A DNA stretch of 50,841 bases from positions 1 through 50,841 of the forward strand of contig JAGVNG010000005.1 of NCBI GenBank assembly GCA_020053375.1, read 5' to 3'. A model generated the notes under the pieces. It made no database searches and was not told the DNA's origin. It worked only from the letters and a program-made list of their open reading frames with translations. This document shows, one piece after another, positions 23,789 through 32,951 of the stretch. Both the position numbers and the translations under genes were made by a program. The stretch is from Nanobdellota archaeon (GTDB lineage: Archaea; Nanobdellota; Nanobdellia; Pacearchaeales; GW2011-AR1). Numbering within the stretch: the first letter of the stretch is position 1; each line of letters starts with the position of its first letter.

Positions 23789-24988
23789 ATGGGGAACAAA
23801 TTTTTCAGGAAGATTCTGCCAAATGGAATGACTGTTTTATTTGAAAAAAGAGATTTGCCTATTGTTAGCGTTGCTCTTGCGGTCAGATGCGGGGCGTTGC
23901 ATGAAACCGAGGATGAAAAAGGGATATCCCACTTTATAGAGCACATGCTGTATAAAGGGACAAAAAAAAGGACAAGCAAACAGATAGCGGAGGAGATTGA
24001 AAAGAGAGGGGGGGATTTAAATGGATTCACAGATAATTTGATAACTGCTTACTGGTGTAAAATGCCCTCCAAACATCTGAATATTGCCTTAGGGGTGCTT
24101 ACGGATATGCTGAAGAATTCTCTTTTTGACAAGAAAGAACTGGAAAAAGAAAGAAAAGTCATATTTGAGGAGATAAAGATGAGAAAAGACAATCCGAGAG
24201 TTTACACGATGGACAAGATACATTCTTCTTTATATGAAAAGCCATTCGGAGTAAACATCATAGGAACATATGAAAGCATGAGTTCCATTACGAGGGAAAA
24301 AATGCTGAAGAGGTTTGAGGAAGTTTATACCCCTAATAATTTGATTCTTGCAGTTGTAGGAAACGCAGAATTTGAAGTGATATTAAAGTTTGCAGAAGAT
24401 AACTTTGAAGGAAAAAAAGGAAATGTGAAGAAAGCCAAGATAATCCTGAAAAATGAGATAAAAACAGAAAAAAGAAAGGGAATAGACCAGGCCAACTTGG
24501 TATTTGCCTATCATGTTCCCGTGTCTTCTAAGAAAGAAAGTTATGCAGCCCTTGTTCTAAATACTCTCATGGCAGACGGAATGTCCTCAAGACTATTTTC
24601 AGAAATCAGGGAAAAAAGAAACCTAGCATATTCGATAAAGGGGGATTCTGAGATTACCAAGGATTATGCATATAACATTATTTATGTCGGAACAACAAAA
24701 GAAAAAGCAGAGGAAGTGAAGAAAATCATTATCAAAGAGTTTGAAGAAGTTTCCAAAAAACTCACCGCAGAAGACTTCAATCAAATTAAGGCACAAATAA
24801 TAGGAAATTATCAAATTTCCATGGAGGACTCCCAATCCCAATTAATAAACCTTCTTGTATATGAGATAGACGGGAATGCCAGAAAATTTTACGAGTTTGA
24901 AAAAAACATAAAAAAAGTTACACTTAAGGAAGTAAAGGAAATTGCAAAGATAAAGAATTATAGCTTCTTTGCGCTGGTGCCTGAGTGA
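23789..24988 (+). CDS. M16-family (pitrilysin/insulinase-like) zinc peptidase
   Basis: The inverted zinc motif is GISHFIEHMLYKGT (HxxEH) with a downstream Glu. It has the two-domain M16 length of about 400 aa. Confidence 0.85.
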   Translation: MGNKFFRKILPNGMTVLFEKRDLPIVSVALAVRCGALHETEDEKGISHFIEHMLYKGTKKRTSKQIAEEIEKRGGDLNGFTDNLITAYWCKMPSKHLNIALGVLTDMLKNSLFDKKELEKERKVIFEEIKMRKDNPRVYTMDKIHSSLYEKPFGVNIIGTYESMSSITREKMLKRFEEVYTPNNLILAVVGNAEFEVILKFAEDNFEGKKGNVKKAKIILKNEIKTEKRKGIDQANLVFAYHVPVSSKKESYAALVLNTLMADGMSSRLFSEIREKRNLAYSIKGDSEITKDYAYNIIYVGTTKEKAEEVKKIIIKEFEEVSKKLTAEDFNQIKAQIIGNYQISMEDSQSQLINLLVYEIDGNARKFYEFEKNIKKVTLKEVKEIAKIKNYSFFALVPE

Positions 24989-25033
24989 ATATTTTGCAAT
25001 AATGTTTATAAAATAGAAGACATTAGTTAGAAA

Positions 25034-25399
25034 ATGAAAAGAGGACAGTTATTTTTAATTTCTCTATCTTTAATTCTAATCCTTTCCATTGTTCCTGTTT
25101 CTGCCGGCTGGTTTTCTAATTTTTGGAATAAGATTACGGGTCAGGCAGCGATTGTTGAAGATGCTAATAATGCAGATGGAACAATGCAAGAAGGAACATG
25201 CTCAGGAACTCCAACAGCATGCAAAGAATTTGCAACACAAAATTCTTGTAACACTCAGTTAGGATGCGCGTGGAATGTTGCTGATAATAATGAAACAATG
25301 ACTGCTTCTGTAATCGCAGGAACATGTTTGGGCATTCCAACAGCCTGCACAGCATTGGAAATACAGAGCTCTTGCAACACACAATCAGGCTGTGTATGA
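25034..25399 (+). CDS. N-terminal part (signal peptide plus two Cys-rich repeats) of a secreted protein. It ends at an in-frame TGA.
   Basis: The signal peptide is MKRGQLFLISLSLILILSIVPVSA. The repeats are GTCSGTPTACKEFATQNSCNTQLGCAW and GTCLGIPTACTALEIQSSCNTQSGCV-stop. It is in the same reading frame as 25448..27046. Confidence 0.6.
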   Translation: MKRGQLFLISLSLILILSIVPVSAGWFSNFWNKITGQAAIVEDANNADGTMQEGTCSGTPTACKEFATQNSCNTQLGCAWNVADNNETMTASVIAGTCLGIPTACTALEIQSSCNTQSGCV

Positions 25400-25447
25400 G
25401 GAAATGAAACTGCTTGCACAGACAGCGACGGCGGGGAGAATTATTAT

Positions 25448-27046
25448 GTGAAGGGAACCACAATATCAAATGCTCCAGCCCCTTATGAACAAAATGTTAC
25501 TGATTATTGTGCTAATCCTATCCTTTTACAAGAAGCTATTTGTTATAGCGATGGAATAATTGGGGTAACTGGTTATACCTGTCCCAATGGCTGTTTAGAT
25601 GGCGCTTGTGTAACGAGTAATTTTTCTTATACTGGAACATGCTCTGAATTAGTCAATCAAATCGCAAACCCTTCTGATTTTAAAGATGGTGACTTGAATT
25701 ATTCTTTGCAATGGAAGTATAATTACACAGGGAATTGGTGGAAAGATGAGGAAAAAATTAACTTTACAGAATATGATGCCTCTTGGGGCTTGAATTACAA
25801 TGAAGGCGATGATTATAGATATGGTTACCTGGGAAAAAGTGTAATGATTTTTGACAATGAAAGCTTTGATGCTTCAACTATTTTGGAAGATATGACTAAA
25901 CACAATTTCTGCCAAATCCATTCGTATAATGATGAGGTGGTTTATGTTTGCAATTGGAATGTTTATGACCGAGGAGTGGATATTGACCAAAACAGTTGGA
26001 AATACAGGGAAATATTATGGAATCATAAGAATGTTTTAGCCAGGTTTAGCGTTGGATTTGGAGAATATTTAAGCGATGAAGAAATATCTAAGCTTGTAGA
26101 AAAGGAAACCATAAAATTCATAAATTCGCTAAAGGATAATCAAGGCAAATATGTTGGCTGGGAAAACTTTGATATTGATTGGCCTTTCGGCAACCAAATG
26201 TTTGATTCCCTGGAAATGTGCCCCTCAGATGTTCCTCAGGACGCGTGCAACCCATTCTGGACATGCATAACGGAGCCTGCAATTTGCCCTGAACATGGTT
26301 TCCAGACACAAACCTGCAAAGATTATTCTTGCGATAATGAAGATATTGTCAGTCAAATGTCCTGCAATCCCGGAATATGCTCCGGATGTTTGGTTCCAAA
26401 ATGGTTTGAGAGCGGTGATCTCGGCAATAATAAATGCATCCCCTATGGATTTAGATTTGAGAATCAAATTGGTTGGAATACGAAAGAACAAACAGGAGGA
26501 GACATAGAAACATTAACCATTAAAGAGGCAAATGGGACTGAAGATGAAATAAACTTATCAATCTCTTCAGATGGACTTGCAACTCTTGAAGTTGAAGGTT
26601 GGGGTAATAAAACATATACATTCAAGCAGGGGGATAAGATAGATGTGGACGTTACAGGGTGGGACAAGAATTTTATATCTTTGAGTTTTGTTGCAACAGA
26701 AGTTGTTTATGATGATAAAAATTATGAAGATAGTTATGTTACCTTTGAATTTACATATGTTTATCTTGGGCAAACTGAAGATACGATAAATGCTTATTGT
26801 GACATTGATGGATACGTGAAGCCTCAAAAAACGCAAGAGGGAGGGGAATGGGCTAAATGTCAAAATAATTATGAATGTGATAGCAATTTGTGTTCTTCTG
26901 GAGAATGCATTGAATTAAAAGATATTGCAGGTGAAGCATCTGCATTTAAGACGATAGTGATTACATTTTTCTGCAGGATTACTCATCTTTTGAGCAGTGA
27001 TAATTATGATCAATGTTTGCTTGATAATGGAGTAGATCTCAAATAA
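25448..27046 (+). CDS. C-terminal part of the same secreted cysteine-rich protein (CxDSDGG-type module and further Cys-rich domains)
   Basis: The frame is open directly after the TGA at 25397..25399 and reads GNETACTDSDGGENYYVKGTT.... No signal peptide or convincing independent start is present. Confidence 0.6.
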   Translation: MKGTTISNAPAPYEQNVTDYCANPILLQEAICYSDGIIGVTGYTCPNGCLDGACVTSNFSYTGTCSELVNQIANPSDFKDGDLNYSLQWKYNYTGNWWKDEEKINFTEYDASWGLNYNEGDDYRYGYLGKSVMIFDNESFDASTILEDMTKHNFCQIHSYNDEVVYVCNWNVYDRGVDIDQNSWKYREILWNHKNVLARFSVGFGEYLSDEEISKLVEKETIKFINSLKDNQGKYVGWENFDIDWPFGNQMFDSLEMCPSDVPQDACNPFWTCITEPAICPEHGFQTQTCKDYSCDNEDIVSQMSCNPGICSGCLVPKWFESGDLGNNKCIPYGFRFENQIGWNTKEQTGGDIETLTIKEANGTEDEINLSISSDGLATLEVEGWGNKTYTFKQGDKIDVDVTGWDKNFISLSFVATEVVYDDKNYEDSYVTFEFTYVYLGQTEDTINAYCDIDGYVKPQKTQEGGEWAKCQNNYECDSNLCSSGECIELKDIAGEASAFKTIVITFFCRITHLLSSDNYDQCLLDNGVDLK

Positions 27047-27105
27047 ATTCTTTTATATTTTTCGTAGCATTAAAACTTTAAAAACTCTTTTCATTATTTA
27101 TTTTT

Positions 27106-27924
27106 ATGGTGTCCATCGTTAAAGTTCCTGGCATCAATGGACTTGGAAGGACAAAAGGCTGCGAAAGGGCAGGCAATGCAATTCTGGACGCCCTGAAAGA
27201 TATACATACAAATGAGCAGGGAAAACCGATTGATGTTGCCTTGCTTGACTTGGAAGAGATACATCTTGACAATAAAAACCCGGGGTTAACAAATAAGCTG
27301 ATTTATGAAAACTGTTTGGAGATTTTTAAAGAAAAGCCAAAAACAATTTTTTTAGGCGGAGATCATTCAATAAGTTATTCAATAAATCGGGCTTTTCTCG
27401 ACGCGTGCAGGGACTCAGAAAGAGAACCATGCCTGATTGTTTTTGATGCGCATGCTGATTGCTTGACCCCCTCTATTGCTAGCAAAAGGGGGTTTCCAAC
27501 AAACCGCGAATGGATTAGGGGATTGGTTGAAGCAGGATTTCCTGGCAAGAATATAATGATTGTTGGCGCAAGAAACATGGAGAGAGCCGAATTGAATTTT
27601 TTGAAGGAGCAGGACATAAGAATAATAAGCATGAATCAGATTGTAGAAGATATCCAGGATACTTGTGATATAATAATGGAGTTTTCTGATGGAAAGGATT
27701 TATACGTTTCAATTGATATCGATGTCGTAGATCCCTCTTCTGCTCCATCTACAGCGCATCCTGAGCCGGGCGGGCTTGCAAGCAGACAATTTATTTATAT
27801 GATTCAGAGAATAAATAAGATAAGGAATCTCAGGGGGCTTGACCTAACTGAAATAAACGAGAAGAATGACAAGGATAAAACCACTGTTAAATTAGGTGCG
27901 AAGATTCTTGCAGAACTGCTATAA
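27106..27924 (+). CDS. Ureohydrolase-family enzyme (agmatinase/arginase)
   Basis: The Mn-binding motifs GGDHSISY, VFDAHADC and SIDIDVVDPSSAP are present. Confidence 0.85.
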   Translation: MVSIVKVPGINGLGRTKGCERAGNAILDALKDIHTNEQGKPIDVALLDLEEIHLDNKNPGLTNKLIYENCLEIFKEKPKTIFLGGDHSISYSINRAFLDACRDSEREPCLIVFDAHADCLTPSIASKRGFPTNREWIRGLVEAGFPGKNIMIVGARNMERAELNFLKEQDIRIISMNQIVEDIQDTCDIIMEFSDGKDLYVSIDIDVVDPSSAPSTAHPEPGGLASRQFIYMIQRINKIRNLRGLDLTEINEKNDKDKTTVKLGAKILAELL

Positions 27925-27956
27925 GATTTATAAATTAATTAATTCTTAATTAAACA

Positions 27957-28568
27957 ATGGATAAAAGATTGTGGTTGCTTATACTTTCAGATGTTCTTAT
28001 ATTAAGCGGCTTTGGATTGCTGGGACCAATATTTGCTGTTTTTATAACAGGAGGTCTTGAAGGAGGAACTCTTGTAACTGCAGGCTTGGCGACGACTGTT
28101 TTCCTTGTGGTTAAATCAATTGTGCAATTGCCCCTATCAAGATTTTTCATAGATAAGGAAAAGCATAAAACACATTCTCTTCTTTTGGGAACGCTTCTTA
28201 TCGTTTCTGTTCCTTTCATCTATACTTCTGCAGAACATATATACACCATATTTATTGCACAAGCAATATATGGATTGGGTGCAGCAATGGCCTATCCGGC
28301 ATGGTTTGATTTGTTTACGGCTTATATGGATAAGAAGCACCGAGGATTTGAATATACTATATGGGCAACCGGCGTAGGACTTGGCTCCGCCCTTTCGGCT
28401 TATCTGGGAGCAGAATTCGCCGAGAGATTAGGATTTGATTATTTATTCTTCCTAGTTGGCGGAATTTCTTTCCTTGGATTCTTACTTTTAATAGTACTTG
28501 ATAGAATTGACGGGCGAAAAGCCAAGGCTCCACTTGCATATTCTTTGAAGAACAGGGTAAAGAGATGA
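27957..28568 (+). CDS. Six-TM, MFS-like half-size membrane protein
   Basis: Six hydrophobic helices are predicted. The loop LSRFFIDKEKHKTHSLLLG between TM2 and TM3 resembles MFS motif A. The stop overlaps the next gene's ATG (ATGA). Confidence 0.5.
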   Translation: MDKRLWLLILSDVLILSGFGLLGPIFAVFITGGLEGGTLVTAGLATTVFLVVKSIVQLPLSRFFIDKEKHKTHSLLLGTLLIVSVPFIYTSAEHIYTIFIAQAIYGLGAAMAYPAWFDLFTAYMDKKHRGFEYTIWATGVGLGSALSAYLGAEFAERLGFDYLFFLVGGISFLGFLLLIVLDRIDGRKAKAPLAYSLKNRVKR

Positions 28569-29086
28569 GGTCTTTTATTTCGATAGATATTCCGGAAAAT
28601 ATCAAAGAAGAGATAGTAAACATGCAGAATTCTTTGCCTGATTTCGTCGGAAAAAAGACAGAACCCGAAAATTTGCATTTGACTCTTAAATTCCTGGGTG
28701 AGGTAGATGATGGAACAATTAGTGAGATTGAGGCTAAGTTGAGCAGAATCAAATTCGAGAGATTTGAAACAGAATTAGAGACTGCGGGTTTTTTTGATAA
28801 TCCAGAAAGGGGAATTGTATGGATACACCTGACGGATTGCGAAGAACTGCAGAAAGAAATTGACAAATCCCTAGAGGGATTGTTCGAGAAGGAAAAAAGA
28901 TTTATGGGACATCTTACTATCGCGAGGGTCAAGAAGATAAAGGATAAAAAGAAATTTTTGGATGAACTTTCTAAAATTAAGATAAGAAAAGTTCATTTTA
29001 ATGTTGATAAATTTTATTTAATGCGATCAAAATTAAGCAAAAATGGACCTGTTTACAGTGTTTTAAAAGAGTTTTCGTTAATATAA
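28565..29086 (+). CDS. thpR: RNA 2',3'-cyclic phosphodiesterase / 2'-5' RNA ligase family (2H phosphoesterase)
   Basis: Two HxT/S motifs are present, HLTLKFLG and HLTIARV. The length is about 170 aa. Confidence 0.8.
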   Translation: MRSFISIDIPENIKEEIVNMQNSLPDFVGKKTEPENLHLTLKFLGEVDDGTISEIEAKLSRIKFERFETELETAGFFDNPERGIVWIHLTDCEELQKEIDKSLEGLFEKEKRFMGHLTIARVKKIKDKKKFLDELSKIKIRKVHFNVDKFYLMRSKLSKNGPVYSVLKEFSLI

Positions 29087-29135
29087 TCGTTTATATGCAA
29101 ATTTTTATAAGGCTCAGTTCTCTTTTTAGGTTTTA

Positions 29136-29438
29136 ATGGCAGCATCCATTAAACCGAAAATTCCTTTAAGAGATCTGTACGAAGATGTGCTTTGCAGATT
29201 AAAAGATGGATATGCGCATGTTCTTGTTGTTTCCGATGATAAATCTCAATCTGAAAGATTTATTTCAAGCCTTCTTGAAAATAAGGAAAGAGAGTTTTTG
29301 AATGATAAAGTAAAATCATGCTCAAGCGAGGAATATAATTTGTATTTTTGCAATAAAAAATCTTTTTCTAGACTCGAACAGTTAAAAAGAAGAAAAACAC
29401 GATTGATTATGCTGGATGAAATAGAAGTAGTATATTAA
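29136..29438 (+). CDS. Hypothetical protein (100 aa)
   Basis: Open frame, convergent with the XPF-like gene. No motif is recognised. Confidence 0.4.
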   Translation: MAASIKPKIPLRDLYEDVLCRLKDGYAHVLVVSDDKSQSERFISSLLENKEREFLNDKVKSCSSEEYNLYFCNKKSFSRLEQLKRRKTRLIMLDEIEVVY

Positions 29439-30130
29439 TAATCTTTTTCAACCAACCCAATTATAACCTCTGCCTTCTTACCAATAATTTTTTTTAATGC
29501 TTCTGCGGACGCGTTCATTATGTTTTTTATTGTTTTGAATTCCTCAAGAAGTTTTTTTGCTGTTTTTGGACCTATACCCGGAAAACTTTCAATTATAAAC
29601 TGCAATTGTTCTTTTGCATTGAGGGATTTCTTTTTTGCATTGAGGGAAACTTCTCCTTCAGACTTTCTTGAAAGAACGGATATATATTTTGCAGTATCTT
29701 CCGTGTTTTTTGTGAAAATAAATGGAACTTTGTGTCTGAGCGCAATTGAGAGAAGGAAACCACGTATTGCATTTGCATTTACTCTTGTTCCTGCCGGGTT
29801 TTCATCCTTGTATAATTCTCTTTCATCAATTCCCTCTATAATCAAAAGCTTATTGTTATATTGCTGCAATTCCTCAAGCTGTTTTATCAGCCTTCGGTTT
29901 ATCATTGATGACAAGAAGTCGGATACGGTTTTTCTTTCTATTACCACATCACCAACGATGTAATCTCCTACTTTAAGCTCTCTGAATTCAATATCCATTC
30001 CCTGCCTCCTTAGCTCAGATGGAACTAGGCAGTTTTTCTCACGATAATCTATAGTTATCTTTTTTCTTTCTTTTGGCTCCGCTTTCAGCTTGTTTTTAGA
30101 GAAGATATTGAAGATTTCTTTGGGTTTCAT
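29435..30130 (-). CDS. XPF/ERCC4-type structure-specific nuclease with a C-terminal (HhH)2 domain. It corresponds to the Hef nuclease half.
   Basis: The ERCC4 motif is GDYIVGDVVIERKTVSDFLSS (GDx(n)ERKx3D). The C-terminal SFPGIGPKTAKKLLEEF is a helix-hairpin-helix. Confidence 0.85.
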   Translation of the reverse strand: MKPKEIFNIFSKNKLKAEPKERKKITIDYREKNCLVPSELRRQGMDIEFRELKVGDYIVGDVVIERKTVSDFLSSMINRRLIKQLEELQQYNNKLLIIEGIDERELYKDENPAGTRVNANAIRGFLLSIALRHKVPFIFTKNTEDTAKYISVLSRKSEGEVSLNAKKKSLNAKEQLQFIIESFPGIGPKTAKKLLEEFKTIKNIMNASAEALKKIIGKKAEVIIGLVEKDY

Positions 30131-31683
30131 TTTAGTTTTGCTTGTCTGCCTCTTAATTTATTTTGCATATCCTCTTTTATTGAGCCTATGGACTCCTGCA
30201 TCTTCTTCTCTCTTGCCCTAGCGACATAAAAATAAGATTCATCCCTTGTTTTCTTGGTTACGAGAATTATTAATTTCCCCTTTATCAGCCTAGCAGTTCT
30301 TCCTGTCCTCTGGATTGCCCTAATTGCAGAGGGGATTGGTTCATAGAACACAACGACGTTTACCTCTGGAATATCCAGTCCCTCCTCTCCTATAGATGTA
30401 GCACACAGAACATTTAGTTCTCCTGAAGAAAACTGTGTTATAATTTCCCGCTGTTCTTTTTGATTTAAGCCAGTCACCTGCCCTGCATTTGTCCTTTTTG
30501 CCTGTCCGACAAATATCTTTGATTTAATGTTTTCCATCTCATTCAGCTTTTTTGAGATTATTGAAGCGGTATCTCTAAATTGGGTAAAAATAATTATCTT
30601 TGCCACGGCATTATTCTTTAGTTCTTTTTTTAATATCTCTGTGAGTTCTTTCATTTTTGGATGTTCTATTCCGTTCTCCAAGAGTAAATTTGACCTTAGG
30701 AAGGCAAATGTGAATTCTGGGCGTGAAACCAGTTTGATAACTCCCTTGCTTTGCTTTTTGGCTGCCTGTTCAAGAAGATTTTTAAGATAAGCATTAAAAC
30801 TTTGCAGCGTCTGGGTTTCAAGAAGTTCCAAGGCGTGCTGTATTTTTATTGCCTGCGCGCATACGCTTGAAGCAGCAAGGTTATTGAAGTTTTTATTGCC
30901 CCTTAAAATGCTTGCCATTATTCTTTTTTGAAGCTCTATAAGCGCTACTTTAGTGGTGGGACCAAAGAGTAATCTCCTGTTTTTTAACTCATCAATATAT
31001 TTTTCAAGAAGCCTTGAAAGAGCTTGCCTCATCTCATCAAATTCGGGTGGAAAATCTATGTCTATTCTTTCAAACTGAAGCTCCTGAATATATTCTTTCA
31101 CATCTCCGCTTTCCCTATTTCTTAATTCGACTTCCTCTATTGACAAATTTTTGCATATCTCATTTATCTTCGATTTTTCGCTTCCTGGAGAGGCAGTTAG
31201 CCCGATTATCCTTGGGTTCATCGCGTTCTTCATATAGTTTTGTGCAATGAAATTATAATCATAGTTTTTCATACATCTATGCGCTTCATCTTCTACTAAC
31301 AGGCATACTTCTTCAAGCCCGTACAGACTGTTATTTAAATCATTTGCAATGCATTGTGGTGTTGAGAAAATTATGTCCGCAGTTTTCCATATTTTTTTTC
31401 TGCTCACCGGATTTATCTGTCCGGTGAATATTTGCATATCTGCAAAGAGCTCTGGAAGATGCTTTTTGAAGTACCTAAGATGCTGTTCTGCAAGAGGCCT
31501 TGTTGGTGCAAGAAACAAAACTTTTTGTCCTGGGAACTGTTTCATTCTTTCTACTGTGACCATTAATCCAATAAGAGTTTTTCCAAGCCCTGTCGAAAGT
31601 ACGACCAGGCAATTTTTCTTCATGCATGTTTCAAAGATTTTTACCTGATATTCTCTTGGTTCGATTCCTTCTAAAAATTCCAT
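30127..31683 (-). CDS. hef: Hef-type superfamily 2 helicase. It corresponds to the Hef helicase half.
   Basis: Motif I is LSTGLGKT and motif II is VEDEAHR. The insertion domain and motif VI (QRTGRTAR) are present. The stop overlaps the nuclease gene's ATG (ATGA). Confidence 0.85.
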   Translation of the reverse strand: MEFLEGIEPREYQVKIFETCMKKNCLVVLSTGLGKTLIGLMVTVERMKQFPGQKVLFLAPTRPLAEQHLRYFKKHLPELFADMQIFTGQINPVSRKKIWKTADIIFSTPQCIANDLNNSLYGLEEVCLLVEDEAHRCMKNYDYNFIAQNYMKNAMNPRIIGLTASPGSEKSKINEICKNLSIEEVELRNRESGDVKEYIQELQFERIDIDFPPEFDEMRQALSRLLEKYIDELKNRRLLFGPTTKVALIELQKRIMASILRGNKNFNNLAASSVCAQAIKIQHALELLETQTLQSFNAYLKNLLEQAAKKQSKGVIKLVSRPEFTFAFLRSNLLLENGIEHPKMKELTEILKKELKNNAVAKIIIFTQFRDTASIISKKLNEMENIKSKIFVGQAKRTNAGQVTGLNQKEQREIITQFSSGELNVLCATSIGEEGLDIPEVNVVVFYEPIPSAIRAIQRTGRTARLIKGKLIILVTKKTRDESYFYVARAREKKMQESIGSIKEDMQNKLRGRQAKLK

Positions 31684-31746
31684 AATCGGGAAAAGTCCTA
31701 TCCTTATAAAAAGTTATCCTATGTTTTTGGATAATTTATTATTTGT

Positions 31747-32379
31747 TTAGTGTACCAGAATAACGCCCGCAAGAGCAATTAAGATTATTGCTGCAAGTGC
31801 AGACCATACGAGCAGGTTGCCGAAGAATATCTTGTTTCCGTCAAGATCGGAAAGAGGGAACATATTAAAGAATGCATAATATAGGTTTATTCTTGCGAAG
31901 TCTACAAATCCGATTAGATATCCTATTAATGCGAAGAGAAGATTTGCAACTATCCCAAAGGCGGCAATTCGTCCTATATGTGCTTCATCCATTTCAGAGA
32001 AGGAATAAAGTCCATGCCTTTTTGCAGCCCGGTAAGTTTTTGGCTTTACTTCAAAAACCAGAGAAGCCATCCATACAAAGCTACCAAGGCTAAAGAAGAA
32101 TATTTTGGAAATTAAGGGAAGAAAAGCTCCTGTTGGAAACGGTTTTTTGAAAGTTTGGCTGGGCTTAAATCCATACCTACTGGTTTCCCATATTCCTATT
32201 TCAACTTCTGAATCAAGGTAATAGCTTGTAATCTTCTTTGCAAAAACATTTATTATAATTACAAAAAATACTGCCAAAAGAGAATACAAAAATAGATTCC
32301 ATGTCTCCATGAGGCTTATTAAAAACGCAAGGATGATGGAAACCACCACAATCATCAAAATTTCTTTTTTATTAATCAT
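31747..32379 (-). CDS. M50/site-2-protease-like membrane protein lacking the HExxH motif
   Basis: FNMFPLSDLDGNKIF matches the M50 NxxPxxxLDG motif. Where HExxH is expected in the first TM region, the sequence reads IINVFAKK. Confidence 0.5.
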   Translation of the reverse strand: MINKKEILMIVVVSIILAFLISLMETWNLFLYSLLAVFFVIIINVFAKKITSYYLDSEVEIGIWETSRYGFKPSQTFKKPFPTGAFLPLISKIFFFSLGSFVWMASLVFEVKPKTYRAAKRHGLYSFSEMDEAHIGRIAAFGIVANLLFALIGYLIGFVDFARINLYYAFFNMFPLSDLDGNKIFFGNLLVWSALAAIILIALAGVILVH

Positions 32380-32491
32380 GGTTTTTTAAAGTAGAGGTTT
32401 CTTATAAAGGTTTTCGTGTTTACTGGCTCGCTTTGTGAAATATATCTAATTGAAGAGAAAACTATTTAAATAAAGACTTATAGTCTTTATT

Positions 32492-32770
32492 ATGCGAGTA
32501 AGAAAAATTTCGGAGGTGCTTGGCACGAAAGTTTACACTGATTCTGGAGACTTCTTTGGAGAAATAGAAGAGGCAAATCTCCATGAGAACAAGATAGAGG
32601 GATGGAGAATAAAAGTCGGAGGAAGTGTAATGTCCCTTATTGGAGGAGCAAGAGGAGTCATAATCCCGCATCAGTTTGTTCGGGCAATAAGCGACATATT
32701 CATTATCAACAAGACAGCGCTTCCAAGTCAGGAATCCCAGATTGAAGAGGTTCCTGCTGAGTTGATATAA
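32492..32770 (+). CDS. PRC-barrel domain protein (second small PRC protein in the window)
   Basis: ISEVLGTKVYTDSGDFFGEIEEANLHENKIEGWRIKV ... IIPHQFVRAISDIFII. Confidence 0.75.
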   Translation: MRVRKISEVLGTKVYTDSGDFFGEIEEANLHENKIEGWRIKVGGSVMSLIGGARGVIIPHQFVRAISDIFIINKTALPSQESQIEEVPAELI

Positions 32771-32951
32771 GATTAGATAGTTCTATTAATAATTAGCCAA
32801 AAATAGTTTGTTAAGATAGTTAATATAAAAGGTATACCCAAAATTTTGAGTTTTATATTAATTCTGAGCGAACGAAGTGAGTGAATTTCTTTGAACCTTC
32901 CCAATATAAAAATATTTAAATACAGTTCTTTACTTCATAATTAATCTTAAA

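Noticed and set aside
25397-25399. UGA reassignment (genetic code 4 or 25) or selenocysteine as an explanation for the in-frame TGA.
   Set aside because: TGA terminates several conserved genes at their expected lengths in this same window (orc1/cdc6, Nudix, tyrS, the M16 peptidase and the Hef helicase). The position aligns with Trp, not Cys, and I recognised no SECIS-like context.
18436-27046. A diversity-generating retroelement (template/variable repeat pair) acting on the Cys-rich surface proteins.
   Set aside because: No reverse transcriptase gene is in the window. The internal repeats differ at all base types rather than at adenine-specific positions.
28357-28932. A 191-aa minus-strand ORF spanning the MFS-like/thpR junction.
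   Set aside because: The plus-strand genes carry clear family motifs (HxT/S twice, plus the TM pattern). The antisense frame is Ser/Leu/Phe-rich and has no motif.
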